Part shown: in pieces, positions 24,669-32,990 of the stretch
Position numbering within the stretch: the first letter of the stretch is position 1
Layout of the letters: every line of letters begins with the position of its first letter
Source of the DNA: Gaiellaceae bacterium
Lineage (GTDB): Bacteria > Actinomycetota > Thermoleophilia > Gaiellales > Gaiellaceae
DNA: 49,665 nucleotides
Reading direction: 5' to 3'
Assembly (NCBI GenBank): GCA_049644345.1
Contig: JBARRS010000116.1
Span: 1-49,665, forward strand
Position numbers and translations under genes: made by a program
Notes under the pieces: model-generated
Databases searched by the model: none
Told to the model about the DNA's origin: nothing
Seen by the model: the letters and a program-made list of their open reading frames with translations, nothing else

Positions 24669-25198
24669 GCCAAGATCCGGTCGGCGCTGTCTACCTCAGC
24701 GCCGAGGAGATCGAAGCGCGGGTCTGCGAGCTTGGCCATGAGATCGCCGCCGACTACGCGGGCCGGCCGCTGCTGCTCGTTGCGCTGCTGAAAGGGAGCT
24801 TCGTCTTCCTTGCCGATCTCTCGCGAGCGATCCGGATTCCGCACGAGCTGGACTTCGTCGAGCTCGCAGGCTACGGCGGCGCCTCGACGGGCGGGCACGC
24901 GAGCATCCGGCTGCTCAAGGACCTTGTGCTCACCGCCCAAGACCGCGATCTGCTGCTCGTCGAGGACATCGTCGACACGGGGCTGACGCTCAACTACCTC
25001 CGGAACCTGATGCTCCTGCGCAAGCCGCGTTCGCTGGCGATCGCGACGCTGCTCGACCGCCCGTATCGGCGACTCGTCGAGGACCTGCCGGTTCGCTACG
25101 TCGGGTTCACCGTCCCGGACGAGTACTTCGTCGGCTACGGGTTCGACCTGAACGAGCGCTACCGCAACTTGCCCGATCTGCGCCTCGCACAGGTTTAG
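24665..25198 (+). CDS. hpt: hypoxanthine-guanine phosphoribosyltransferase
   Basis: 177 aa. PRPP-binding motif LLLVEDIVDTGLTLNYL, LLKGSFVFLADL, FVVGYGFDLNERYRNLPD. Classic Hpt. Confidence 0.9.
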   Translation: MSQDPVGAVYLSAEEIEARVCELGHEIAADYAGRPLLLVALLKGSFVFLADLSRAIRIPHELDFVELAGYGGASTGGHASIRLLKDLVLTAQDRDLLLVEDIVDTGLTLNYLRNLMLLRKPRSLAIATLLDRPYRRLVEDLPVRYVGFTVPDEYFVGYGFDLNERYRNLPDLRLAQV

Positions 25199-25227
25199 CC
25201 ATGCCTAACTCTCGCTAGACTGTCGAC

Positions 25228-26496
25228 ATGCCGGAGGTCGTCGGCGGCACGGCCGCCGCTGCTGGACGCGTGCTGCGGGGTCACCCGCAGCGCTTCCGGG
25301 TCCTCCCGTTCCTCGGCCCCGCCTTCGTCGCCGGCGTCGCCTACATCGACCCGGGCAACTTCGCGACCAACATCGCGGGCGGCTCGAAGTACGGCTACAC
25401 GCTCGTCTGGGTGATCGTCAGCGCGAACTTGATGGCGATGCTGATCCAGACGCTCTCCGCGAAGCTCGGCATCGCCACCGGGCGGAACCTGGCGGAGCTC
25501 TGCCGCGAGCACTTCTCACCCCGAACCTCACTCGGCCTCTGGGTCCAGGCGGAGGCGATCGCGATGGCGACCGACCTCGCCGAGTTCCTCGGCGCTGCGC
25601 TCGGCTTCCACCTGCTGCTCGGGATCGGCCTGTTCCCGGCGGCGATCATCACGGGCGTCACAGCCTTCCTCATCCTCGGGCTCCAGCGCTTCGGCTTCCG
25701 GCCCTTCGAGGCGCTGATCACGGCGGTCGTCGGCATGATCGGCGTCTGCTACGTGGCGGAGCTCTTCTACGCGAAGCCGCCCTACGGCACCGTGGCGAAG
25801 CACGCGTTCGTGCCGCAGTTTGCCGGCGGCGACTCGGTCCTGCTCGCCGTCGGGATCATCGGCGCGACGGTAATGCCGCACGTGATCTATCTGCACTCGG
25901 CGCTGATGCAGGGCCGCGTGCTGCCCGAGACGCCCGAGCAGGGGCGCCGGCTCTACCGGTACACGCGCGTCGACGTGCTGATTGCGATGTCGATCGCAGG
26001 CCTGATCAACGTGGCGATGCTCGTGATGGCCGCGAGCGTCTTCTACAAGAGCGGCCTGCTGCACGTGGAGTCGCTCGAGACGGCGCACAGGACGCTGAAG
26101 CCGATCCTCGGCTCCGCCTCGAGCACCCTGTTCGCGCTGGCGCTGCTCGGCAGCGGGCTCTCGAGCTCGACCGTCGGAACGCTGTCCGGACAGGTGGTGA
26201 TGCAGGGCTTCATCCGGCGCAGCATCCCTGTCTTCGTGCGCCGCTTCGTGACGATGCTGCCGGCCCTGGTCGTGATCGGCATAGGCGTCGATCCCTCGCG
26301 GACGCTTGTGTTCAGCCAGGTCGTGCTCTCGTTCGGGATCCCGTTCGCACTGATCCCGCTCGTCGTCTTCACGAGCCGCCGCGGCGTGATGGGAGAGCTC
26401 GTCAACCACCGCGTGACGACGGCGGTCGCAGTGGTCGTCGCCGCCCTGATCTGCTCCCTGAACGTCTTCCTGCTCGGGCAGACCTTCGGGCTCTGA
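25228..26496 (+). CDS. mntH: Nramp-family divalent metal (Mn2+/Fe2+) transporter
   Basis: 422 aa. VAYIDPGNFATNIAGGSKYGY (DPGN motif), GATVMPHVIYLHSAL, about 11 TM segments. Confidence 0.92.
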   Translation: MPEVVGGTAAAAGRVLRGHPQRFRVLPFLGPAFVAGVAYIDPGNFATNIAGGSKYGYTLVWVIVSANLMAMLIQTLSAKLGIATGRNLAELCREHFSPRTSLGLWVQAEAIAMATDLAEFLGAALGFHLLLGIGLFPAAIITGVTAFLILGLQRFGFRPFEALITAVVGMIGVCYVAELFYAKPPYGTVAKHAFVPQFAGGDSVLLAVGIIGATVMPHVIYLHSALMQGRVLPETPEQGRRLYRYTRVDVLIAMSIAGLINVAMLVMAASVFYKSGLLHVESLETAHRTLKPILGSASSTLFALALLGSGLSSSTVGTLSGQVVMQGFIRRSIPVFVRRFVTMLPALVVIGIGVDPSRTLVFSQVVLSFGIPFALIPLVVFTSRRGVMGELVNHRVTTAVAVVVAALICSLNVFLLGQTFGL

Positions 26497-26503
26497 AAGA
26501 CAC

Positions 26504-26533
26504 GTCGGCCGCCCCTCGGAGCGGGCGGCCGAC
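26504..26533. terminator. 11-bp GC hairpin after mntH, between convergent genes
   Basis: GTCGGCCGCCC (26504-26514) pairs with GGGCGGCCGAC (26523-26533), with an 8-nt loop. A second hairpin, CGTAAGAG/CTCTTACG, is at 26551-26572 in an AT-richer stretch. Confidence 0.5.
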
Positions 26534-26614
26534 GCCGTCGGGAGACGATGCGTAAGAGATCAAACTCTTACGACTTTCATGTCATAAACGTACGACGCGA
26601 AGAACGGGTTACGG

Positions 26615-27817
26615 CTACAAGTACGCCAGCGGATCGACAGGCTGACCGTTGATGCGCACCTCGAAGTGCAGGTGCGGGCCGAAGCAGTGCCCCGTGCAGC
26701 CGACGTAGCCGATCACCTGGCCCTGCGCGACGGTCTGGCCGTTCGAGACGCCGATCTGCGACTGGTGGGCATAGGCGGTCGCCAGGCCACGGCCGTGGTC
26801 GATCACGACGAGGTTGCCGTAGCCGCCCATCCAGCCGGCGTAGATGACCGTGCCGGCGGCGGACGCGCGGATCGGGGTTCCGTATGGAACGCCGATGTCG
26901 ATCCCGGTGTGCATCCGGCCCCAGCGCATCCCGAAGGGGCTGGTGACTGGGCCGTTGACCGGCCAGATGAGTCCGCTCGCCGACGGCGTCGAGTCGGCCG
27001 GTCCGGTGGAGGCGGAGCCCTGGGCCGCCTGGATCTGCGCCGTCAGCCGAGCGCTCACCGACTCGAGCGCCTGCGCCTCGCCGACCTCTTGCCGGTCGCT
27101 CGCCTTTACGTGCGCGAGGCTGACGCGCTTGCGGCTGCGCGCCGAGGCGAGCTGCTGCTCCCCGGCGAGCAGGTTGTCGCGCAGGGCGCGCACCTGTTCG
27201 GTGCGGACGGCGACCGTCTGGGTCTCCGCCACGACCCCGGCCCGAACGTGTCTCGTCCGCTCGCGAGCGCGGTGGGCCTCGACCTTGGCCTCTCCGACCG
27301 CGCGGGCGATCCGCCGGTCCTGCGCGTTGATCTCGCGGGTGTAGTCGACGCCGTCGAGGATTCCCGAGAGGCTGTCGGAGCTGAGGACGACGTCGAGCGT
27401 ATTCGGCTCGCCGTCCTCGTAGATCGCAACGAGCCGCGCTGTCAGCCGTTGCAGAGAGGTCGCGTACTGACGGCGCAGGAAGAGGTAGCGCCTTGTCTCG
27501 ACTCGATAGAGGTCTGTGAGTCGCGCGAGCTTCTCGCGATGAAGAGCCAGATCGCGCTCGAGCGTGCCGAGCCGGACGGTCACGTCGACGACGCGCGCCT
27601 GGAGACCCTGGATCCGATCCGTGACCGACGCGATCTCGGCCGTCAACGCCTGCTCCTGCCGCTGCGCTCCGGCGATTTGCTCGTGCAGCCGCGCCAGCCG
27701 AGAGTCGACGGATTGCTTCTGAGAGGTGATGTCTCCGGCGAGCGCCGGAGCGCAAACAAACAAGCCGAACAGAAGCGCGAGGAGCAGCTTGCGCCGCATT
27801 TGCGGGTATTTTCGCAT
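26615..27817 (-). CDS. coiled-coil M23-family (LytM/EnvC-like) peptidoglycan endopeptidase
   Basis: 400 aa. Signal peptide (RRKLLLALLFGLFVCAPALAG; alternative ATG at 27799). A long coiled coil. C-terminal HTGIDIGVPYGTPIRA...GNLVVIDHG...GHCFGPHLHFEV, which carries the HxxxD and HxH metal ligands. Confidence 0.9.
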   Translation of the reverse strand: MRKYPQMRRKLLLALLFGLFVCAPALAGDITSQKQSVDSRLARLHEQIAGAQRQEQALTAEIASVTDRIQGLQARVVDVTVRLGTLERDLALHREKLARLTDLYRVETRRYLFLRRQYATSLQRLTARLVAIYEDGEPNTLDVVLSSDSLSGILDGVDYTREINAQDRRIARAVGEAKVEAHRARERTRHVRAGVVAETQTVAVRTEQVRALRDNLLAGEQQLASARSRKRVSLAHVKASDRQEVGEAQALESVSARLTAQIQAAQGSASTGPADSTPSASGLIWPVNGPVTSPFGMRWGRMHTGIDIGVPYGTPIRASAAGTVIYAGWMGGYGNLVVIDHGRGLATAYAHQSQIGVSNGQTVAQGQVIGYVGCTGHCFGPHLHFEVRINGQPVDPLAYL

Positions 27818-27847
27818 CCCCCGCGGGCAACCCTGCCGGTTGATGCG

Positions 27848-28531
27848 TTACTGGGGCTCGGGTGGCACCGGCGGCGGGCTCGGCTCGGGGCTCGGCTCTG
27901 GGACCGGCACCGGTCCGGGCGGCTCCGACGGCACCGGGGACGGCTCGGGCACGATCACGGGCCCGGGCGGCTCTCCCGGCGGCGGATACGGCTCCGGCAT
28001 AGGCGGCGTCTCGACCGCCACCGTCGAACGTACCTCGAGGTGCGCCTGCTCGATCCGCTTCCTTGCGCGAGTTGCCGTACTCGTCATCTCTGCCTCCTTC
28101 GCCGCGATCCGAGCGTCCAGCTCTTCGATGCGCCTGCGCGCGCTCTCGGCCGCCTGCGCGTCGTCACCGTACACCGCTTCCCCGAGCCCTCGCACGGCGT
28201 CGGTGCGCTCGCCCAGAAGCTCGGCGCGCGCGTGCCGGAGGCCGACGAGCTCGCGGCGGGCGGCGGATTGCGTCGCAAGCGCTCCGACCGCGAAACCGGC
28301 CCGCGCCCGGAGCCCTTCCACGACGGAGGCCGATTTTCGCGCCGCTTCTCTCAGCAGCTCGAACGCGGGCGGCCGGGCCTGCAGCATGTGCACCGGGACC
28401 GGGCCCGTCTCAGCGGGCGGGAGCGGTTCGACGGCCGTGGCCGCCTCCGCGACACGGCTCCCGCATTCGGGGCAGAAGCGGCTCCGCGGCCCGAGCCGCG
28501 TGCCGCAGTTGGCGCAACTACGCCGCGCCAC
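27848..28531 (-). CDS. zinc-ribbon / coiled-coil / proline-rich protein
   Basis: 227 aa, GTG start. N-terminal CANCGTRLGPRSRFCPECG ribbon. Central helical region. C-terminal PEP/PVP low-complexity tail. Overlaps the upstream gene by 14 nt. Confidence 0.65.
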   Translation of the reverse strand: MARRSCANCGTRLGPRSRFCPECGSRVAEAATAVEPLPPAETGPVPVHMLQARPPAFELLREAARKSASVVEGLRARAGFAVGALATQSAARRELVGLRHARAELLGERTDAVRGLGEAVYGDDAQAAESARRRIEELDARIAAKEAEMTSTATRARKRIEQAHLEVRSTVAVETPPMPEPYPPPGEPPGPVIVPEPSPVPSEPPGPVPVPEPSPEPSPPPVPPEPQ

Positions 28532-28826
28532 GCCGCTCCCTCGCGTCGAGGGCCCGCAGCGTCTCCGCAGCCTGCCGCCGGAGCGGTCCGACCTGTTCGC
28601 GGTAGTCGTCGTCTGAGACCTTGCCGGTACGGTGGTCGAACTCGAGCTCCTTCAGCGCCGAGAGCGTCCGGTCGCGCTCCTCGGCCAGCTCGAGCCGCCG
28701 CCGGTCTTCGGCGTCGAGGTCGTCGAGTCGATCACCCCCGGCTGCGGGTTCGCGGAGGAACGGCCGCGCGACGAACAGCACGCACAGCACCGCGAAGAGC
28801 GCGCCGAGTGCGAGTCCAACCTCCAC
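28518..28826 (-). CDS. small N-terminally membrane-anchored protein
   Basis: 102 aa, GTG start. TM LALGALFAVLCVLFVA, then a charged helical region (ELEFDHRTGKVSDDDYREQV). No family assigned. Confidence 0.55.
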   Translation of the reverse strand: MEVGLALGALFAVLCVLFVARPFLREPAAGGDRLDDLDAEDRRRLELAEERDRTLSALKELEFDHRTGKVSDDDYREQVGPLRRQAAETLRALDARERRGAA

Positions 28827-28878
28827 GCCAGGATTATCGCCCCCAGCATGGGGGAGCCCGCTCGAGCACGGGAGTGCG

Positions 28879-29121
28879 CTAGAGCTCGGCGGCGGGCTCG
28901 GGGCTGCGCGCCGGGATCCGGTAGCCGTGCTCTTCGCAGAGGCTGCCCGGGGAGTCCTCCGTCAGCGCGTCGCAGTACCCCTTGCCGTAGGCGGCGCGCA
29001 TGAACGCCGCCACCACCTCGAGGTTCCACTCGGTGATCTCGTGCGCCTCGCGCCAGAGGTCGGCGAGACGCAGGTCGATATCGAGCTCGAGGAGGTCGAT
29101 ACGAGATGGGCGCTTGGCCAT
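28879..29121 (-). CDS. hypothetical 80-aa protein
   Basis: Track ORF 28879..29349 trimmed to ATG at 29121 (MAKRPSRIDLLELDIDLRLADLWREAHEITEW...). The upstream extension overlaps the divergent gene. No domain recognised. Confidence 0.45.
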   Translation of the reverse strand: MAKRPSRIDLLELDIDLRLADLWREAHEITEWNLEVVAAFMRAAYGKGYCDALTEDSPGSLCEEHGYRIPARSPEPAAEL

Positions 29122-29186
29122 GCGGAAAGCGTAGGTAGGGGTTCGGACGACATCGGCTCGGGCGGCGTTACCCTGCGTAGCCGAGC

Positions 29187-30035
29187 ATGAGCGAGCTTCG
29201 GTTTGGACCGGCACGCGTGCCTTCGCGCGAGAGTCCGGCGGCAGCCGTCGACCTCCTCGTCGAGCGCGGTTACACGGCCTGCGAGATCGACTTCGCGAGT
29301 GGGTTCTGGATGGAGTACCCATGGGCCCAGGAGTTCGGCAAGCTCGCACGTCGTCGGCGAATCGCCCTGTCCGTCCACGCGCCGATCGCAGGTTTCATGG
29401 GGCATGTCGAGCGCGACAAGAAGCACGCGATGGCGGTCGGGATGCTCGATCACTCCGCCGGGATCGCCAAGGTCGCCGGGGCCGAGCCGGTCGTCTTCCA
29501 CCCGGGGTTCCTGCTAGGCCGCACCCGCAAGCGCGCACTTGCCCAGGTGGTCGAGCAGCTCGCCGATCTCCGGGCGCGGCTGGAGGCGAAGGATCGCGCG
29601 GTCCCCTTCGGCGTCGAGGTCATGGGCCGCGTGCAGGAGCTCGGAAGCCTCGAGGATGTCCTCCACATCTCGGAGCGCCTGCGCTGGGTGCGGCCCGTCA
29701 TCGACTTCGCGCACCTCCACGCGGTGACCGACGGCGCGTTCACGACGACCAAGGCGTTTCGCGACGCGCTCTCGGCCGCCAACAAGGTTCTGCCCCGGGC
29801 GGCACCGTTCCACATACACATCTCGGATATCGCCTACGCGAACAGGAATGAGACGCGGCACCTGCCGTACGGCGAAGGCACGCTTCGAGTCGAGCCTCTA
29901 GGCAAGGCGCTCTCCCGCTTCGCGCGTCCGGCGACGGTGATCAGCGAGTCGCCGGACGAGGAGTCGCATCAAGCGATCCGGGCGGCGCTCCTCTCGGCCG
30001 GTGCCGGCGTCAGCTCCGCGAGCCGGCGCTCGTAG
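29187..30035 (+). CDS. xylose-isomerase-like TIM-barrel protein (AP endonuclease family 2 / endonuclease IV-like)
   Basis: 282 aa. Metal-ligand-like pattern SVHAP, VFHPG, GVEVMG, IDFAHLH, FHIHISD, HLPYGEG. The last 67 nt overlap the convergent cyclase gene. Confidence 0.7.
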   Translation: MSELRFGPARVPSRESPAAAVDLLVERGYTACEIDFASGFWMEYPWAQEFGKLARRRRIALSVHAPIAGFMGHVERDKKHAMAVGMLDHSAGIAKVAGAEPVVFHPGFLLGRTRKRALAQVVEQLADLRARLEAKDRAVPFGVEVMGRVQELGSLEDVLHISERLRWVRPVIDFAHLHAVTDGAFTTTKAFRDALSAANKVLPRAAPFHIHISDIAYANRNETRHLPYGEGTLRVEPLGKALSRFARPATVISESPDEESHQAIRAALLSAGAGVSSASRRS

Positions 30036-32932
30036 AGCTCGGCCTCCTGCGTCCGGCCCTGGTCGCGGAGGAACACCGTGAGCGCCTCGAGCGGCTCCCT
30101 CAAGTGGCGGAGCGAGTCCGTCCCCTCGAGGATCTCCACCGCTTCGCGCAGAAGCGTCTCCGCCTCCTCGGGCCGGCTTTGCTCGGCCCGGACGAGCGCG
30201 AGCGCGAGCCGCGTCGTCGCGCGTGAGGTCACGTCCGTCGCCCCGACCGTCTCCCGGGACTCGAGCGCGAGGCGCTCGGCCTCGTCGAGGCTGCCCTTCT
30301 CGAGCAGAACCTGGGCGAGCATCCGCTGGCTCTCGACCAGGACGCCGCGGTCGCCGAGCGGCTTCAGCGTTCGGATTGCCTCCCGCAGCAGCTTCTCAGC
30401 GCGCGCGAGATCGCCCTTCTTGAGCGCGATCATCGCAAGGAAGTTCTCGGTGCGGGCAGCCTGGAGCGCGACGCCGATCTCCGAATACAGCGACGCCGCC
30501 TCCTCGTACGCCCGTTCGGCCTCGTCCATGTCGCCGCGCTCATCGGCCAGCTCGCCCGTCACTCGCGCCGCGTATGCCCGTGCGCCGATGCTTCCGCTCT
30601 CCACTGCGAGCTCGTGCGCCCGGAGGATCAGGGGCTCCGCTCGGTCGAGCTCCAGGCGGCTGAGATAGACGGCGGCGAGCTCGGCCAGCGCGCCGACCTC
30701 GAGATCCTTCCGCTTGAGCCGCCGGGCGATCTCGAGCTTCTCGTTCACGATTTCCTCGGCCCGCGACATGTTCCCCTCCCACCATGAGACCAGCGTCAGC
30801 TTCTCGAGGGCGTCGTAGCGGCCCATCTCGTCGTCCTCGTCGAGCACCGAGAGCGCCTGCTCGGCCAGCTCGCGCGCGGCGCGCGGATCCGCGTCGCGGT
30901 AGACCGCGACCTCCGCCAGCGCGATCAGGGCACGGCCTTCCAGGCGGCGATCGTCCGCGTCTCGCGCCTCCTCGAGCACGCGGCCCATCTCGACCGAGAC
31001 CGTGGGAATATCGGTCAGCCGCCAGGCGGCGCGCGCGGCTTGGTAGCGCCGCTCGAGAGTGGGCTCGAGCTCGACCGCGCGCAGCAGCAGCCGGCGCGCG
31101 CTCTGGTTCGCCTCGCGGGCCAGCGCCCGGCGCCCGGCCTCCTCGAGGGCTTCGGCGGCCTGCTCGGCGAGATCCTGTGGCGGCGCGCCGTCCAGCTCCG
31201 CGAGCAGTGCCGCCGCGTGGTCGAGGTGGTAGGCGCGGATCTCGAGCAGCTCCTCCCCCGCACGCTCGGCCAGCCACTCGGCAAATCGGAGATGCAGGTC
31301 GGCCCGCATCGACTTCGTGAGACCTCGGAAGGCGACCTCGCGAATCAGGATGTGCTTGAAGCGATAGGCGCGCTCGCCGGAGATCGAGGAGCGTGGCTCC
31401 TCGGCCACGAGCTCGCGCACGATCAAATCCTGGAGCAACGGCTCCAGCTCGCCGCACTCCGGCGCCAGGTGGGCGACGGCGCCTTCCCAGAAGATGCGCC
31501 CGACCACGGACGCCCGTTGGAGCAGCGTCTTCTGCTTCGCCGGCAGCCGGTCGATCCTCGCCCCGATCAGCGCCTGGAGCGTATCCGGAATCTCGGCGGC
31601 GAACTCGGACAGGGGCCGCCCCTCGCACTCGAGGAACATCCGCACCGTCTCTTCGACGAACAGCGGATTCCCTTCGGTCTTCTCGAGCAGTGCCGCGCGC
31701 ACCTCGTCCGAGAGCGCCCCGTCGGCGGCGAGCGCGCTGACGAGCGCTCCGCTGTCCTCGGGCGTCAGCGGCTCGAGCTCGATCGCGGTCGCGCGGGCCA
31801 TACCGCCGCCCCAGCTCGGCTTGACGTCGAGGAGCTCAGGGCGGGCCAGGCAGATGATCAACAGCGGCGCATCGCGAACCCAGGAGGCGAGGTGCTCGAT
31901 CAGGTCGAGCAGCGACTCTTCCGCCCAGTGGATGTCCTCGAAGACGAGCACGAGCGGCTGGTCGCGCGCGAGCCGCTGAGCCCACCCACGTGCGGCCCAC
32001 GCGATTTCCTGCTGGCTCCGCTCGCCGCGGACCGCCTCGAGCAGACCGGTTGCGAGCCCGATCAGGTCGGCGATGGCCTCGTCCTCGCAGAACGCGCGCA
32101 GCTTCTCGACGGCGACGTCGAGGGGGTCGTCGTCGGCGATACCCGCGGCCGTCTTCACCATCTCCGCGAGCGGCCAGTACGTGACGCCCTCCCCGTAGGG
32201 CAGGCAACGGCCCGCCACGACGGTCGTCCGCTCGAGCGTGGCGGCGAACTCGCGGGCGAGCCGACTCTTGCCGACGCCCGGCTCGCCGTAGATCGTGACG
32301 ATATGGGCGCGCCGCTGCTTGATCGCGCGCTCGTAGGTGTTCTCGAGCAGGTCGAGCTCGAAGTCGCGGCCGATGAGCGGCGCCTGGATCGAAGCGGGAG
32401 GAACGGCGCCGTCCCCGCGGAGGCCGACCGCGCGCCACGCCCAGACTGCCTCGGCGAGGCCCTTCAGCTCGAGCGGACCGAGCTCCTCGGCCTCGATCCG
32501 GCCGCCTGCAAGCCGCTGCGCGCCCGGGCCGAGCAGGATCTGACCGGGCTCGGCGGCCTGCTGGAGCCGGGCGGCCACGTTCACAGCCTCGCCCGTCGCA
32601 AACGTCGAGTCGTCCTCGTCGACGAGGATCTCGCCCGACTCCATTCCGACGCGCACCTCGAGCTCGAGCTCGTGGACGGCGTCGAGAAGGGCGAAGCCGG
32701 CCCGAACCGCACGCTCGGCATCGTCCTCGTGCGCCTGAGGCATTCCGAAGACCGCCATGACGGCGTCTCCGGCGAACTTCTCGACCAGACCGCCGTGCTG
32801 CTCGATGCCCCGCTTGGCGCTCTCGAAGTACCGCGTCAGACGGCGGCGGACGACCTCCGGATCCTGAGCCGCGACAAGCGCGGTGGAGCCAACGAGGTCG
32901 ACAAAGAGCACGGTCGCCAGCTTGCGCTCCAT
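29969..32932 (-). CDS. class III adenylate/guanylate cyclase - AAA/STAND ATPase - TPR multidomain protein
   Basis: 987 aa. Cyclase domain (ATVLFVDLVGSTAL..., KFAGDAVMAVFG, VRVGMESGEI). P-loop IYGEPGVGKSRLA. Walker B LVLVFEDIHWAE. The C-terminal ~400 aa are TPR-like helical repeats. Confidence 0.9.
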   Translation of the reverse strand: MERKLATVLFVDLVGSTALVAAQDPEVVRRRLTRYFESAKRGIEQHGGLVEKFAGDAVMAVFGMPQAHEDDAERAVRAGFALLDAVHELELEVRVGMESGEILVDEDDSTFATGEAVNVAARLQQAAEPGQILLGPGAQRLAGGRIEAEELGPLELKGLAEAVWAWRAVGLRGDGAVPPASIQAPLIGRDFELDLLENTYERAIKQRRAHIVTIYGEPGVGKSRLAREFAATLERTTVVAGRCLPYGEGVTYWPLAEMVKTAAGIADDDPLDVAVEKLRAFCEDEAIADLIGLATGLLEAVRGERSQQEIAWAARGWAQRLARDQPLVLVFEDIHWAEESLLDLIEHLASWVRDAPLLIICLARPELLDVKPSWGGGMARATAIELEPLTPEDSGALVSALAADGALSDEVRAALLEKTEGNPLFVEETVRMFLECEGRPLSEFAAEIPDTLQALIGARIDRLPAKQKTLLQRASVVGRIFWEGAVAHLAPECGELEPLLQDLIVRELVAEEPRSSISGERAYRFKHILIREVAFRGLTKSMRADLHLRFAEWLAERAGEELLEIRAYHLDHAAALLAELDGAPPQDLAEQAAEALEEAGRRALAREANQSARRLLLRAVELEPTLERRYQAARAAWRLTDIPTVSVEMGRVLEEARDADDRRLEGRALIALAEVAVYRDADPRAARELAEQALSVLDEDDEMGRYDALEKLTLVSWWEGNMSRAEEIVNEKLEIARRLKRKDLEVGALAELAAVYLSRLELDRAEPLILRAHELAVESGSIGARAYAARVTGELADERGDMDEAERAYEEAASLYSEIGVALQAARTENFLAMIALKKGDLARAEKLLREAIRTLKPLGDRGVLVESQRMLAQVLLEKGSLDEAERLALESRETVGATDVTSRATTRLALALVRAEQSRPEEAETLLREAVEILEGTDSLRHLREPLEALTVFLRDQGRTQEAELYERRLAELTPAPAERSAARIA

Positions 32933-32950
32933 CCCTGAATTCTACGGAGT

Positions 32951-32980
32951 CGGGGCCGGGCCGCCGAAGGCCCGACCCCG
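32951..32980 (-). terminator. 12-bp stem (one mismatch) hairpin just after the BNR gene stop
   Basis: CGGGGCCGGGCC (32951-62) pairs with GGCCCGACCCCG (32969-80), loop GCCGAA. Lies 11 nt from the stop at 32991. Confidence 0.45.
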
Positions 32981-32990
32981 CTCACAAGCG

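Noticed and set aside
25199-25227. Manganese riboswitch or long regulatory leader upstream of mntH
   Set aside because: Only 29 nt separate hpt and mntH, which is far too short for a yybP-ykoY-type riboswitch. I saw only a TAGACT hexamer.
26666-28882. 738-aa plus-strand ORF, the second-longest plus-strand ORF in the track
   Set aside because: It runs antisense to three well-supported minus-strand genes (M23 peptidase, zinc-ribbon protein, TM protein). Its translation is Arg/Gly/Asp/Pro-rich low-complexity sequence with no motifs. This is a typical stop-poor antisense frame of high-GC DNA.
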